A DNA stretch of 63,528 nucleotides, filler included, from Hyphochytrium catenoides (taxonomy: Eukaryota > Protista > Hyphochytriomycota), in the NCBI GenBank assembly GCA_900088475.1. It is 5 parts of 5 records of this genome, joined end to end, with 100 filler letters (N's around TTAATTAATTAA, not from the genome) between each part and the next. Parts side by side here need not be neighbours in the genome. Positions count along the whole stretch, not along the records: positions 1 to 26,895 come from FLMG01004124.1; 4 more parts are not named here. The stretch is one strand, 5' to 3'. The position numbers and the translations under genes are program-made. Shown piece after piece: positions 1 to 13,600 of this stretch (positions are counted from its first letter, which is position 1; each line of letters starts with the position of its first letter). The notes under the pieces were generated by a model, which was not told the DNA's origin, searched no databases, and saw only the letters and a program-made list of their open reading frames with translations.

Positions 1-2
1 AA

Positions 3-34
<32 letters not shown>

Positions 35-349
35 TGGAAGAAAGAAAGATAAAAGGGCCAGAGAGTTAGACAACGATAATGAGAGAGGAACCGAAGAAAA
101 AGCGGGTCAGAATTGTGAAAGGCGTGGCAACGGGAGGGAGAGAAGGGAAAAATTTGAGAAATAGACAAGGAAAGAGCTAAATAGAAAGAGAGGGAGAGAA
201 GGGGAAAAGAGCAAATGAGGCGGGAAGGGGTAGAGAGTGAGGTAGGAAGAGAACGACAGAGAGACTTTTGGAAGAGACACAGGGAGAGGAACGAAGAGGC
301 CCAGAGAGAGAGAGAGAAAGAGAGAGAGTATGAGCCCGACGGCACATAC

Positions 350-3300
350 CAATGTTGACATGCCGCAAAGAGCAGGTCCCTCTCCTTAGAACTCTGCCAA
401 GAAATGCTCCTCCGTGGTCGCCCAGGTCGTTGTGAGAGAGATCTAAGTTCGTTACCCCCGGACTAAGGTAACAAGCGGAAGGCTGCGGGGGAGAAGACAC
501 TCCTCCTCGTCTCTCTCTCTCTTCTATCTTTCTCCTCACTGTGAGTGCTTCTTCCAGGGCCGGAAGCACCTCTTTCCCTAAGAAGTTGTACGAGAGATCG
601 ACCGAGTGAAGACGTTTCTTGAATCTCAGCGTCTCTGCCAGAGCAACACCAGCTTCTGTTCGCAGCCGATTGTGAGAAAGATTGAGCACTTCCAGAGCTT
701 TGCAGCCCTGGCGAAGAGACTCTGCTAGCACCACTCCCGCCTGACAGGAGAGAAAGAATAGGAAGGAGAGAGAGAGAGAGAGAGAATACGGAGGGAAAGC
801 TGGATGAGCGACCCTGCTTGTGGGAAGAAAGAGAGCCACACCAAGACAGGCTTGGCCCTTAACTTGTTGTTCCGAAGTGAAGAGAGAGAGAGAGAGATAG
901 AAACAAAGAGAAAGAGAACAAAACGTCATGACTCACCTCGTTGCCAATGCCGGCATCGCTAAGATTTATCACCGTGAGGATCCACCCTTTCTTCACCGCC
1001 ATGGCCAGCGCCAGTCCGAGCTGAGGACCGAGGAGAATCCCTCGCGAGTTTAAGACAGAGGAAGAGACGCAATAGATGTGAGAGAGAACAAACTGAAGAT
1101 CAAACGAGAAATTATGCCAGTAAGCCATGGAGAGAGCTTGTCCCTTGCCCTTTTCTTCTCTCTTTCTCTCTTCTCCCACTTCCTCCTCGCTCTTGCCATC
1201 CGTGTCTCTTCTTTCTCCTATCTCTCCCTCTTCTGGTTGATATTCCCAGGGCAGCTTGTGCAGGGCAAACACGAGGTGTCTGCCAAGATCGTCGAGACGC
1301 TCGAAGACTTTGGGCTTCCACTTGATGGTCAACTGCCTGACCTCTCTGCATGAAGAGAGGGAAAAGAGAGGACGGGGAAACCGAGAGGGAGGGAGAGAAT
1401 GAGAGAGAGAGAGAAAGAGAGAGCAAGGACAGGGGAGTGATGGGGAAGAGTTAACGAAGACTAGGGGAAGGTGAGGGAGAGGATCTGACAATGGGAGAAG
1501 TGCGATGACCTACCATCAAACTCAACTGGTCATAGAAAGAGAAAAGGAGAGAAATGAAGAAGCGAGATCACCTTGGAAGGGAAAAGGAGAGAGACAGAGT
1601 AAGACAGACAGACAACGGCGGAGAGAGAAAGAGAGAGAGCGTAGATGAGCTAACTCCATAACCCTCCGAGAGAGGTAGAAAGAAAGACCAAGGCATTGAT
1701 ACGAAGAAGCCAGAGCTGAGGGATGGAAACCGTTGAACAAAGAGACGGAAGAGAGAGAGAGAGAGCATATTCACCCTACCTAGAGAGGATGATGGCCAGC
1801 ATTCTCTCTCTTTTGTCCAGCATCTCCTGTGGGTCCTCGTAGCCAGAAGGCTGGTCCAGTTCTCTCAGCACCCTCGCTAATTCATCGATCCCTAAGGTAA
1901 AGGCCGTCATATTGTCAGCGTCCAGAACGTGAGAGAGAGAGAAGTCTCTCTCTCTGTCTTTCCTCAAGAGCCAGAGCGTTGTCGGGACATTAGCGTGCAA
2001 CATGGAGAAGTGAAGAAGCGTGTACTGGGCGGTTGAGCGCATGCTCCTCGTTGAAAGACGGCCTTTGGCAGCAGAGAGAACCATTTTTGCCTGTCTCTCT
2101 CTCCTGATGACAAGAGAGAGAGCATCGAAGGCGTTGGAGAGCACTGAAGAGAGAAAGGCAATGGCTCTAAACTGGAGAATTCTTTGGGTCAGAGGATTGC
2201 CCGAGAGAGACGAGAGAACGGTGTCAAGAGAGAGAGAGAGGCTGCGAAGCAAGCTTCTCCACTTCGCCGCTAACGTCTGCTCTAGCTGAAGAACCAACTT
2301 GCTCTGTTTCTCTCTTAGTCTTCTCCATAGCCTTCTCCCTCTCCTCGAGTTGTCTCCTAAGAATCGGAGAGAGAGAAACAAGGGAGAAAAGTACTTTGCC
2401 AGAGGTCCCAAGCTCTCTCCCAGGACCTTGAGATCACGAGCGAACTGGCTGTACGGGGTAAATGGGCGAGAGAGAGACGAAGAAGAGGAGAGAGGTCGCG
2501 GAGGGAGAGAAGGAGAGTGAGATGGCGGGAGAACGCGTCTTTTCTCGCTCTCTCTTGTCTCTTTTCCCTCGAGAGACTCTCCGTAGTCTTCAGTAGTATA
2601 AATGTAAGGCTTTGTCAACAGAAGACTCTCCCACCAGAGAAGAAGACGCATTGCTCTCTTTCCTAACCTCTTCGAGGGTCGAAGAAAGAGAGAAGAGATA
2701 AAGCGAGAGAGAGGAGCGAGTAGCCGAGAGAGAGAGGAGTTAGGTCCTCCAGAGGGTGGAGAGAGAGAACTAAGAGGGGAAGAAGGAGAGAGAGGAGAAA
2801 GAGAGTAGTTCCTCTCTTTCCTGGCGTAAGCCAAAGCAATGTCCCAGCTCTTGACAATCTGCCAATGCGAGTCATTCACACAGGAATGTAGAAAGGCGAT
2901 AGTGTCCGAGTGCCAGAGATAGAGACAAGCTTTTTGGAGAGAAGAGAGGACAGACCGGAAGTCAAAGAGAGCAATGATGAAGAAGAGGAAAGAGACATTG
3001 ACAAGAAGAAGAAACGATCCCGAGAGAGAAGGCTCCAGCACATTCCCAGCGGAGAAAAGAGAGAAGAGAGCATTGAAGAGGTTGGAGGACCAACAGAGGA
3101 TGTCAACGCGGTCGTGGTCTGGACTAACATACGGGCGATAGCACAGAGAGAGAGAGAGACATCCTAACAGGACAATGGTGACAGCAAGGCTCTGAGAGAG
3201 AGCCGTCGGGGAGAGAGTGAGTTCTCCCGCTTGTCTCTCTTCTCCTTTGGCCAGATAGAGCTCGTTTTCCTCTCTTCCTGTCACAGTTATGGCAAAGAGA

Positions 3301-6300
3301 ACAAGCGCTCCCCCTAGGAGTTCTACTATTCGCCAGTAGCAGAAGTCATGCTCAAAGGCCTGAAAGAGAAAGAGAACGCCGCTGGTGTCCACGCAGAAGA
3401 TAAAATCCTCTCTCTCTCCTCCTTCGTCCTCGTGGGTTAGCATCTCTTTCCCGTCTCTGTCTACTTTGGCCGAAGAGGAAGAGACAATGGCATGCTCTTT
3501 CTCGAACTGGGAGAGAGAGAGAGAGAAAGCCCGTAACTCTTCTTCCTGGAAGAGAGAAGAGAGTTCTTGCTCCATCAGCCAGAGTTCTAGCGGGTCTCTC
3601 TCCTCCTGGTAGAGCCTGCTTTGCCCTATTATCTGCAGTGCTCCAGAGCTTGATGACTGAGAGAGTAAGCTGCTGGAGTAGCTAGAGCGACGGGAGGAGT
3701 TCCGTTCTCTTGCTCTCTCTTTCTTCATTCCCTCCTCCTGCTGCGAGGATGATACTTTACTCTTTCTGTCCTTTCTCTCTCTCTGCTTACTCTCCTCTGT
3801 CTGACCCTCCACAGATGTCTCAAATAGAAGAAGCTGGGCCTTCAGTTGCTGGGCGGTGGACGCGCGGAGCCCACTTCTCTCTAAAAAAGAGAGATCCTGC
3901 GGTGCTCCTGCTGCTGTCGCTCTCTCGTCTTTGGACTGTTGAGCTCTCTCTCCTTCTTTCATGTCCTCTCCGTCTCTCCTCTTCTCTCCGGGCTTCTCTC
4001 CAGTTGGTGGAAGGGAAGAAAAGAGCCTTCGGTCAGTAGGAGAGAGATGAATGACCTTCTGGCCTGCTCCTTTCCTCTCTTTCTTTCCTCGCCTCCACAG
4101 TCTTCCCAATAACTTCCTCATAGATCTGAAGAACTCGAGAGGAAGAGAGAGGAGAAGCAAGAGGTCGCGTGGCCGTACGCCTCGCACTCTTCTTCCTAGT
4201 TCAAGCACCTGTTGGTGGATGCCCGAGCGCCTTCGATCTAAGGCTATCCGGAACTTAAGCTTCCAAGGCAAAGACGCATGCTTTCTTTCTGCCGTCTCTC
4301 TCCTTCGCCTGAGAAGAAAGAAGTCCAAGAGCCAGTTCTCTTCTATGATAACCTTCCTCGTAGAGAAGATCAGAAAGAAGAGAAAGAGAAGGGTCCCCAC
4401 GCCCTGGAAGAGAAGGAGAAGGTTGCCAAGGAAGAGAAAGAGCTTCCCACAGCCAGTCTCACAGCTGCAGTAAGGGTCTGGAGAGAGAGAAGACGAAGAG
4501 AAAGAGAGTGGAGGCAACGCTCTTACATAGCACCAGATCCCTCTGTCTCGTTTCCTCATCTCCCAGCCCTTTCTAAAGACAGGGACGGCGGCTTTCATGA
4601 CTACCTCGAGGCATGGGAGAAATGTACCTACGAGGAGAAAGAGAGAGAGCTGCGTCTTCGCCTTGACGATTACTTTGTGAGCAGACATCTCTCTTGCATA
4701 CTTCGTGAAGAGAGAGAAGAAGAGAGAGATGAGAGCTACAGTCACCGCGAGAGAGAGAGACAGCCAGAGCGTGGCCGTTACGAGGCCGGAATAAGACGCT
4801 TCTAGAGTCCTTCTTTCTCTCTCGTCTTCTACTCTTCTTCCCACACCACGCACAATCTCTTGAATAACAAGATGAAAGAGAAAGAGAGAAAGAAAGAGAA
4901 CTCCTCCGCGCCAGAGGCCCCTCAGACCTAAGGTACTTGCCCACTTCTTTGCCTCTAGAGAGGAGTAAGCCCTGGGACTCCAGGTAAAGAGCATGGTGTA
5001 CAAGAGAAAGAGAGGAAAGAGACCGTGGATAAGGACAATCAAGAGAGGCACGGCCCTTCTTTCTTCAAGAGAAAGAAAGAGAAGAGATGGCAGCTTCTGC
5101 AGAGGTTGCTGAAGGTAATGGGTCCAGCCATAATACCCTTGGAAGAGAGTTGGCCAGGGAATAGGGATCGTCTGGACTATGGCCTGGACCTGAAAGAAGA
5201 TGATAAGCCTTTGTAACTTTGCGATAAGGAGAGAAAGAGACTCTTCTCTCTCCTCTTTCTCTTCTTCCTTCTCTTTCTCTAGCTGGCCCTTGGAGCAAAG
5301 AGGAAAGAGACCATCAAGGGAAGCGCTCTCTGTCTCTTCTCTTCCTTCACTACTGGAGCTGTCCAGGAAAGAAGAGGTAAAGTGGGGAGGGAGAAACTGT
5401 CGGATGTCGTTATCATTGCTAACAAATGGATAGAGAAGAGGGATCTGGGAAGAGGAGGCCCTCTCTTTATCTTTTTTGCTCTTCTCTCTTCCCTTACCTC
5501 GATCTTCATCACGTTCATATAATGGGAGATGCCGTACGATGGCAACGGAAGGCCTAAGAGTAGAGACAAGTTCCTTCCTTTTCGCCCGGAAGAGAGACTT
5601 TTCTCTCAGAGAAGAGAGAAGAGAGCGACGTTCTTCAGTGGGTGTGCCTGCTAGAAGAGAGTTTAAACGATGCTGGCGCATCTCGTTTTCCTTGGCTCCT
5701 CCTCTCTCTTCTCCCTCTTGTCCTCGTGCTCCTCTCACCATACTGAGCTTCATGGAACTTGTCCGCGTCGGCACAGAAGGATGCAATCTCTCCCATAGCT
5801 TGCTATAGAACTCGTACCGAGGAGGTAGAATCTTGACAGCTTCACCCGTACGGCGATCAAGCGGAAGAGAGAGAGGAGAAGACTTGAGCGATGAAGGGAC
5901 AATATCTTCTGGTTGATAGACAGAGTGGTAGAGCGTGCAAAGCTCTATTCTTGCGTGTGCCAGCTGAAGGAAGCGGAAGACTTTCTCTGCAGCGTTGTTT
6001 TCTACTTCTATCTGATGGAGTTCTTCTTGCCATTCTTCCTCTACTTGCCTGTTCACTTCTTCTGACTCTATCTGTCTTTCTTCCTCCGTTTCCAGCCCTT
6101 CCATTCTCTCTTCTTCTCCCTCTTCTGCTTTGGCTTGGTCTGCTTCTCTTTCCTCTTTCGGGAGTTCTGAGGAGCCTTCTTTAGCTCCCTCTTTCCCTTC
6201 CGCTCTCTCTTCTTTACCTTCTTGGAAGGAGTGAGGTGGAGGAGAAGAAGAGGGAAGAGAGGAAGATCTCTCCTCGGAACTCTCTCTTCCTGCACTTGGT

Positions 6301-6380
6301 TCTGGTGGAGCAGAGAGTGGAGAAAGAGAGCTAGGGAAGATCTTAGCGCTCCCTCCTTTAGAGAGCCTGCGCAAGTCCAT
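350..6380 (-). CDS. Large multi-pass membrane protein with ankyrin-like segment and C-terminal RNI-like leucine-rich repeats (3' part runs off the window)
   Basis: Exon 6380-1780 (1534-aa ORF, many hydrophobic helices) splices in phase (AG|GTAGGG ... CAG|A, giving IILSR-EVRQ) to exon 1345-937, then (GAG|GTGAGT ... CAG|GCG) to exon 740-350, ending at a GTATGT donor. The last two exons encode LRRs (LTVINLSDAGIG, LEVLNLSHNRL, LHSVDLSYNFLG, VTNLDLSHNDLGDHG). Ankyrin-like YTLLHFSMLHANVPTTLWLL..DADNMTAF at about 1900-2030. Confidence 0.8.
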
Positions 6381-6497
6381 TTATTCTCACTCTACAAGCA
6401 CTCTGCCTCTCGCCTGTTCTTTCCTCTCAAGCACGTAATCTTGTCCTAAGTCTATTTTTCATGTTTGATGGCTCCTCCTCATCCATTCCTTCAATGA

Positions 6498-6529
<32 letters not shown>

Positions 6530-6990
6530 TGTGTGTGACAGAGAGAGAGAGAGAGTTAGAGAGAGAGAGAGAGAAAGAGAGAAGAAAGAGTTAGAGAGAG
6601 TGAGAAGAAGAGAAAGGAGTGGTACAGTTCACAATCCTGACAGCTGCCCCTTATGCAGGCATGCCTGGAGCTGGACACACCATAGTTCACCACCTGGCAT
6701 CTTAGCTCAAAAGAGAGAGAGAGAGAGAGAGACTGATGAAAGCTCAAAAGAGAACGGGCATCGATGGGTGCTAAGCGTCTCGTAGAGAGGATGGGGAGAG
6801 GGGGGCGGAGTAAGCTTAGTGAGAAACAGAGGTGTTATCCGCTGCTAATTAAGGATGTATGTTACGATGTTAGGAAAGGAAAGAACACAGCGGCGGGAGA
6901 GACGAAGATAGGAGAGTACATCAGAGTAAGCAAGAGGAAGGAAAGAGAAGAAGGGGAGAGAGAAAAAAAGGGGGAAGAGAGAGAGAGAGT

Positions 6991-7029
<39 letters not shown>

Positions 7030-8172
7030 GAGAAAGAGACAGAGAGGAGAGAAGAGAGAGAGAGAGAGAACAGGCTTCATCTTTTTCTCTCTTTATCTAC
7101 TTTCAGGGTACGAAAGGGCACAAGGCACAACCGTTTTACATGATGACAGACTCATAACGAATATCCTAGGAAGCTTCTGCTCACAGTGCCCTGCTATTCC
7201 AATATAAATGGTCACAAAGCTTATATGTCACATCTTACTAGTTAGCTTGTTGAATCTAATGGATAAGAATACGAATATCTCTGGATGTGTTTGATCTTGT
7301 AAGCACAGGCAGTACTGCTCGAGATGTGGGAGGTGGTGCGAGAGACAGAGGCGCCACTCTGAGAGAAGAATGACAGAGAGTCCGGAGGGAACAGCATGAC
7401 GCCATAAAAGACGAGAGTGGGGAAGGGACTGCAGAATATGTGTGTGCCAGAGAGGGAGAGAAGAGAAAGAGGATAGGGGGAAAGGAGACGGAGAGAGCGC
7501 GCAAGAGATTGAGGACGACGTTTGATATAGAAACAGCGGAGTGGAGCCGAGCAGCAGATGGGCATTGCCGTCCGTATCTCCAAGGTGAAAGTCAACATGT
7601 TGGGATGTCGTCCTTCATCTACTCAGAGTTGGGGTTGTTAAACCAGGAGGAGGAAGGTGGCTGCTCAGGTGCGGGAGCAGTTGCCAGGGGTAGAGGGGAG
7701 GAAATAAACCGTACAAGAGCAATGGTAAGCCGCAAAGTCTCTATTTTACCGTCTCCTTAGATATCTGGTATGATACTTCTAGTTGAACATAGGGACCACA
7801 GGTCTGTTAGCAGAAGGAGCGGAGACCTGAGGAAGGCAAGTGAAGGATATACTAGGTGCAGAGAGCGAAGCCTCTGAAGGGAATTAAAGCTTAAGGTGAA
7901 TACTCTAGCCTCCACTAGCACCAAAGGGCCTGCACGCAGGAGAGAAAAAATGCAAGCCCGGTGCTGGGTGAAGTCGTACACTGATGCCTAATAGGCGCAG
8001 TAGGCTGAGACGGAGAGGCAAAAGAGACAAACGGAGATAGAGGGCGACACAGAGGTTTGGCGATAGAGAGCAACTCTCTCAGTCCCCCTGTCTCGTGGTG
8101 CTATAACATACACTATGCAGCGAAGTATAAAGCGAGAGAGAAAGCGTCGCTAGTGAACGTTGAGGTTATTCC

Positions 8173-10617
8173 CTAACGACGAGTGTTCTTGCGCCCAGTA
8201 GGCGGCTGTTGCGGTGGGTCGAAGACAATCTCCTGTAGGTAGCTCACATTGTCATCGCCGACGCTCTCAGGTAGCCCAAAATCCTGCACCTCATAGAGAA
8301 ATGCTAATTAGACCGAAAAAGTGACCTTCGGACCCTTGTTGTCTTTAACCTACCGCCAATAAATCATCGAAGTTATCTGCATCATAGAGGTCGGAGATTT
8401 CGCCTTCGAGTGACTTTATCTTGCCAAGCATGGCCTAAGAAGCAGAAAGTATAGCAGATCAGAGACAGCCATGTTCTTCCTCACTCTTCTAGCCAAGTCT
8501 ATGCTTTTGCGCCTTCTCCTATGGCTGTCTTAATATGTTCTGGCCGACTATTTGGCTCGTGTCAACCTCTTGACCTGCTCTCACGAGCCCGTCTCCCTCT
8601 GATCTCACTCTAGTACCTACCGCTTCATCGTAGCCCAACCTCAAGGCCTGATCTTCCATCTCTCGCCTCGTGTCCGCTTGTGTTTGCCTGTTGTTCTTCT
8701 CTACGGGCACCTCCACGAACGAAGGCAAGGTGACCACGACATCCTCCGCGCTCCCGTTGCGAATCCTCTGTCTCCGAGCCTCCTCTACTTCGGTCCCACT
8801 AGGGCCCCCTGAAAAAGCTTCAAAAGGCCTCTTGGAGCCAACCGCAGAGCTAACAGCACCCGATCGTGACGAAGGGGAAGGGGGCTGAGTGAGATTAATA
8901 TCTACGAACTTTATCATGTCTTGAAAGTCCGGGTCGGTCGCAAAGCTATGGACAGGAAGGAATAAAAGCAGGGTCAGTAAAGGAGGCAGACTTAAAACTC
9001 TGAACAAAGAGACGCTTACCCATTCGTGAAGCCAATGTCGCTGCTGGAGGCACCACCATCCTCAATTGCCCTGAGCCAATGGAGCAGACTTAGTATTCAG
9101 AGTGAGATGTCACAGGCAGTAATAGACCTTTCACTTACGAGTCAGCACCCGAGCTGGAATCACCCTCTAGCCTTCCCTGCTTCCTCTTGCCCTTAAGCTG
9201 TAGGTACATCTGTATATGTGAAAGGCAGCCACAGAGACTTAGAAAAGGAGTCCACTAAAAAGAAGAAGCGATATTATGAGGCGAAACTTATATGCATAAG
9301 CGGAAGGGTGGAGTCCTAGGAACAAAAGGGACGGGTTGTGCGCGGTACCTCATAGAGGAAGTACAGGATCTTCTGCATTTTATCCTGCATCGCCTGCTGG
9401 CGCTCCTGGGACCTCCTTGACGAGTTCCAGAGCATTCTATTCTCCTCTAGAATATTCTAGACTCCCAACAGACTTTCAGCCTACACTTTTTCAGCAAAAG
9501 GAACCTGACATAGCATATCACCTACCTCGTTACTCCTCTGAAGAAGCTTGATCTTTTCGTTCATGGCTTGACTTCGTTTCTTCAGCTCTACGATCTCTCG
9601 CAGCAGTGACTGGGAGTGGAATGTGGGAGCTTGCAGAGCCTGGCCATCGTTTATACTCGGTGAATAAAGGATGCACCACTAGCTAGATCAAAAGAAAGAA
9701 CGAAGAGAAAGACAGGAAGGGAGATGGAGCATAACCGAAAACATAACATAACCGTGTTGAGTGCATACACGCAATGCACAAGAGAGAGCGAACGGGGACC
9801 AGGGCAGGAGAACGGGCAGAAGAGGAGGGCGAGCGGAGATCTGTACACCGAGGAAGGAGAGAGAGAGAGAAAGACAGACAGACAGAGAGCCTGCTAGAGA
9901 CCTCTGGTTCCTGAAAGGTAAGAGACTGTTAAGAACTTCCATGTCTACAGACGGACAATGACAATTAAATTTGTGCCCCACCTCACTGTTCACGGCGACT
10001 AGCTGCGTATTAGCCGTCTCCGCATCCTTTTTGTCTGGGACCTTCCTCTTGATCAGATGCAAAAGGTCTCTCCGTCCCCTGAGAAAGTGGGGGTGCTGGA
10101 ACTCTCTCCGGTTAGGATCCTGCACGGTCTTATGAAAGTCGTACTGCAACCAGACGAGAAAAGACAGAGTTAGGCACCACACGAGTGCGCCGACCCAGCC
10201 ACATCCATACCAGAAAGTGAGAAAATAGAGGGATGACTTACCATGTTGAGCTGCCTCACAAAAGACTGGAGGTTAGAGTGCTTAAAGTACATCGGGAGCA
10301 CCTGGTTCGAAAATTCTAGAGGCTAGAATAGAGGTTAGAAGAGCTCACCTGAGAGGCATAGGGCAGGGAGGACAAGAGCTTACATTCATTATCATGATGG
10401 TGTCTCCGGCTTCATTCCAGCCACAGATATCCTTGAATTTCTCATTGGAGAATATGTCAAAGCTCTTTGTCAGAAAGCCTGGGATGACTGGCTTCCGCTC
10501 CACAGGAGGCACCGTGAGCTTATCTGTCTCAGCCGTTGAATTCTTCATAGTGATCTTCTTAGCAATGTCTTCCGCGGATCCAGGAATTGTAGTCTCGCGG
10601 CGGCCATTCTGTGACAT
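8173..10617 (-). CDS. HSF: Heat shock transcription factor (HSF DNA-binding domain plus heptad coiled coil), multi-exon
   Basis: Spliced DNA-binding domain IPGFLTKSFDIF..ICGWNEAGDTIMI / PLEFSNQVLPMYFKHSNLQSFVRQLNM / YDFHKTVQDPNRREFQHPHFLRGRRDLLHLIKRK. Downstream heptad exons (LLREIVELKKRSQAMNEKIKLL; RQQAMQDKMQKILYFLYE). Last exon DFGLPE...KNTRR ends at TAG 8173-8175. GT-AG introns. Confidence 0.93.
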
Positions 10618-13600
10618 AGTCGACCGGAATGAAATCTGTTTTGGCAGTTAAGGGTGTCGTTGAGCTCCTCCTGATGTTGAAGGGCAGCGAGAGTCGGACT
10701 GTGACGGCAATCTAACAGACAGTAAGAGAAGCGTGTCTCGAAATCGCAGCAGATCCGCTTCTATATGTCCTTTATCTGTCGCCCATCCTCCAGCCAATAC
10801 GCGCGCTAAATGTGAGATAGGAAGAGCCGCCACGCGTCCTGCCTAGTTGGCTGCCCACAAACCTAGCGACGCTTACACTTTAGGTTCCTCCACAAATTGG
10901 AGAGATAAGAGGCGAGAGCTGTGAAAGCTGACAAGAGGCGTATCTTCAGATAAGCACAGCTCCTATGACACCAGAGCGCACCTGTGTCAGAGTTCTAACT
11001 CCTTTGTTGCCTGTGCTAGTGGCAAAGACTCTACTAAATGATCCTCAGCAAGCAAGTGTCTTAGCCTGCTGTGCTCTACCACTAACAATTACCCATGAGA
11101 CTATTGACGGGGTTGCCACCTTCTTACGGATCAGCCCTTGTTGCTATGCTATTTCTTGGCTCTCTGGCTCTCTTCCAGAGACACACGCGGTGCAGTCCGG
11201 CCGCCTGAGCTCCACAGCGGCAGCGTCGCGCTTGCTTGCTTGGCCTCAGGCCACTGATAATCAGTGGAATATAATCTCTGCGAGGAAGGCGATAGATAAT
11301 GCGCCACAGAGACCGCCATAAAGCCCCTTTGTGACGTCATGGCAGCGGCCGCCTTCTGTTCCTTCTATTGCCTGTCACGTGTCAAAACGAGACATAGTGA
11401 CCCATATTTTATATTTTGGCAAATTAGAATGACAAACTCAACCTATGAATTGTCAAAAGTCCTGTGACTGCTGTGAATTAGGTTGTTATTGACAAAAGGA
11501 TGTGAAGTATGAAGCACGTGATTGTGGGGCTTGTCGGTGGGTGGAGAGCAGAGAGCGGGGCAGGCCAGGGCGTTAAGCCTTTCTGTGTGCGACGTTAGTC
11601 AGGAATATTGCATTGTGTCACATTCCTTGAACGCTGCGGACAAAGCAGTGATGAGGGTAGGCAGGCAGACAGAGTTATCAAGAGATATGACGTGTCTGGC
11701 TAACCCTGATAGGTCATAGTAACGGGTGCGCCAAAAAGGCGAGACAGAGTTTGAGTTAGAAAAGCAACAGAACTACCAGTTCTATGAGGATGAGACAAAG
11801 AGTGGGAGAAGTGGATGGGGTTTGCAGGAGCAATAATGAGTGACTAGAAAAAGTATCAAAAAGAACCGTCATCCGAACTTAGAGTCACACCTTAAAGACA
11901 TTAGTCCCAAAGAAGAAGCCTCAAGAAACAACTTACCAAAAAGAACATTGATTGTAGCGGTCAAACAAAGGTGTTCACCGACGATAACTAGTAAGGGAAC
12001 GAAAGTCCGAACACTAGATTTCAAAATGAACGATTCACGAAACAGACAGTGTTAGGCAAGTGGTTGCTTGCCCAAGTTACAAAGAGAGCTGACATCATCG
12101 CTTCTTCAAAGCTCATTAGCGAAATCTCTGCAGGCAGAAAGACGATGGGCCAGCTGCCTCAAGTTGCTTGGTAGAATTCTTCCAATCATCACGAAGCCCT
12201 GGGCTTCTTCCTCGCCCCACCAACTACCGCCGCCGAGGCTCAGCATTTGCCAGTTGATGAGGGACTGTTGCAGCAAGTGGTCGCTGTCGGTTGGCAAGCG
12301 ACATTAAGATGCACGGTAAGAAGAGTAGTTGTTCGTCGTGTCACTGACGCCATCTTGACTGATAAGTAACAAGAAAGAGAGCACTGGCGGATGGAAGAGA
12401 ACAGAAGATGCTGCTATAGTCTGGATGACTGCAAAAGAATATGATGGGCCTAAAGGCGAGAAGCGACGGGTTCGGATTGTGGACCAGCAGGAGACTAGCG
12501 GTCAGCGTTGCTATTGGTCCACACTGATGCGTCCCAATTGTTGAGAGGATTGTGATGTTGAGTTTGAAGAAAGGCCGCCCCGACGGTCAAAGACAGCACT
12601 CATGATGGGCATGGCTGCCTCCTTACGTGGATTCATATCTCATCAACGTAGTAACGGTGATAGCTTTGTCAGAAGCAGCTGTGGTCTCTGATACGGCTTG
12701 CGGCACTTTGCCAATGGTCCGGTGATAAACCTGCCCATAACTACTGCTGGGAGACCATCGGGCCCATGTTATTATATTTGGAGCAGCTCTATAGTTACTG
12801 AACAGGGACACACTTGGTCCAGGTATGCGTAGCTATCGTCGTCACTCATATAATTAGATGGCTGTGGGATAGGGAGATAGCGCTCTTACCTGTCCGAGAA
12901 GTCGTGGGCAATCTCCCCGATGGTAAGCTAGCGGGCAGAGTCAGGAAGACCTGTTAGTTTTAAGTTAGCAGCCACTCCAGGCCGGTTAGTAAGGAACGGG
13001 TCAAGTAGAGGAGCAATAGTCGGCATTGTAAAGGGTGATGAGGTGAGGCGCCTCGTTCATTCGACGACAATATTCTTGTTCCTGCGATCATTCGTCCACG
13101 ATCTAGCTACAGGTTAGTAAGATGGGAGTCCATCAACACACGTTAAATCGACCTATGGTGGGGTTCTATCATGGATGTAAAAGGAGATGGTAGAATTTAA
13201 GATTGTTGAAGCTAGGAGACATACAAGCGTTTCCCAGAAATTGATGACTGAATTCTTATTTCAGCTGCACGAAATCCCCCACGGATCTACTCCTGGGGTT
13301 TGCAGACGCGTCGTCCGCCGCTTGCCGCTTGACGATGATAATAGAGTCCTTGAGCATCTCCCACTGGCAAGAAGATCTTAGGAGGTTATCGCTGGATATC
13401 CTGCTTATCCGACAGTCAAAGGTCCTTTGATGTATGGCGGGCTAGGTGGGTAGCAAGCTCCTAGTAGGTGTGTTACAAGTCTAACTCGACCACAATGACT
13501 GGTGATACGTCATGCTGACTTCTCACTGCCCCAACCAGCCCAACCATAGCTTGCCAGCAAAGCAGCAGATGTGGACTCTGGTGGCTGGTCTGTCTTGCTT

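Noticed and set aside
6400-8100. Additional gene between the LRR gene and HSF
   Set aside because: No phase-consistent exon chain or recognisable motif; may be UTR sequence.
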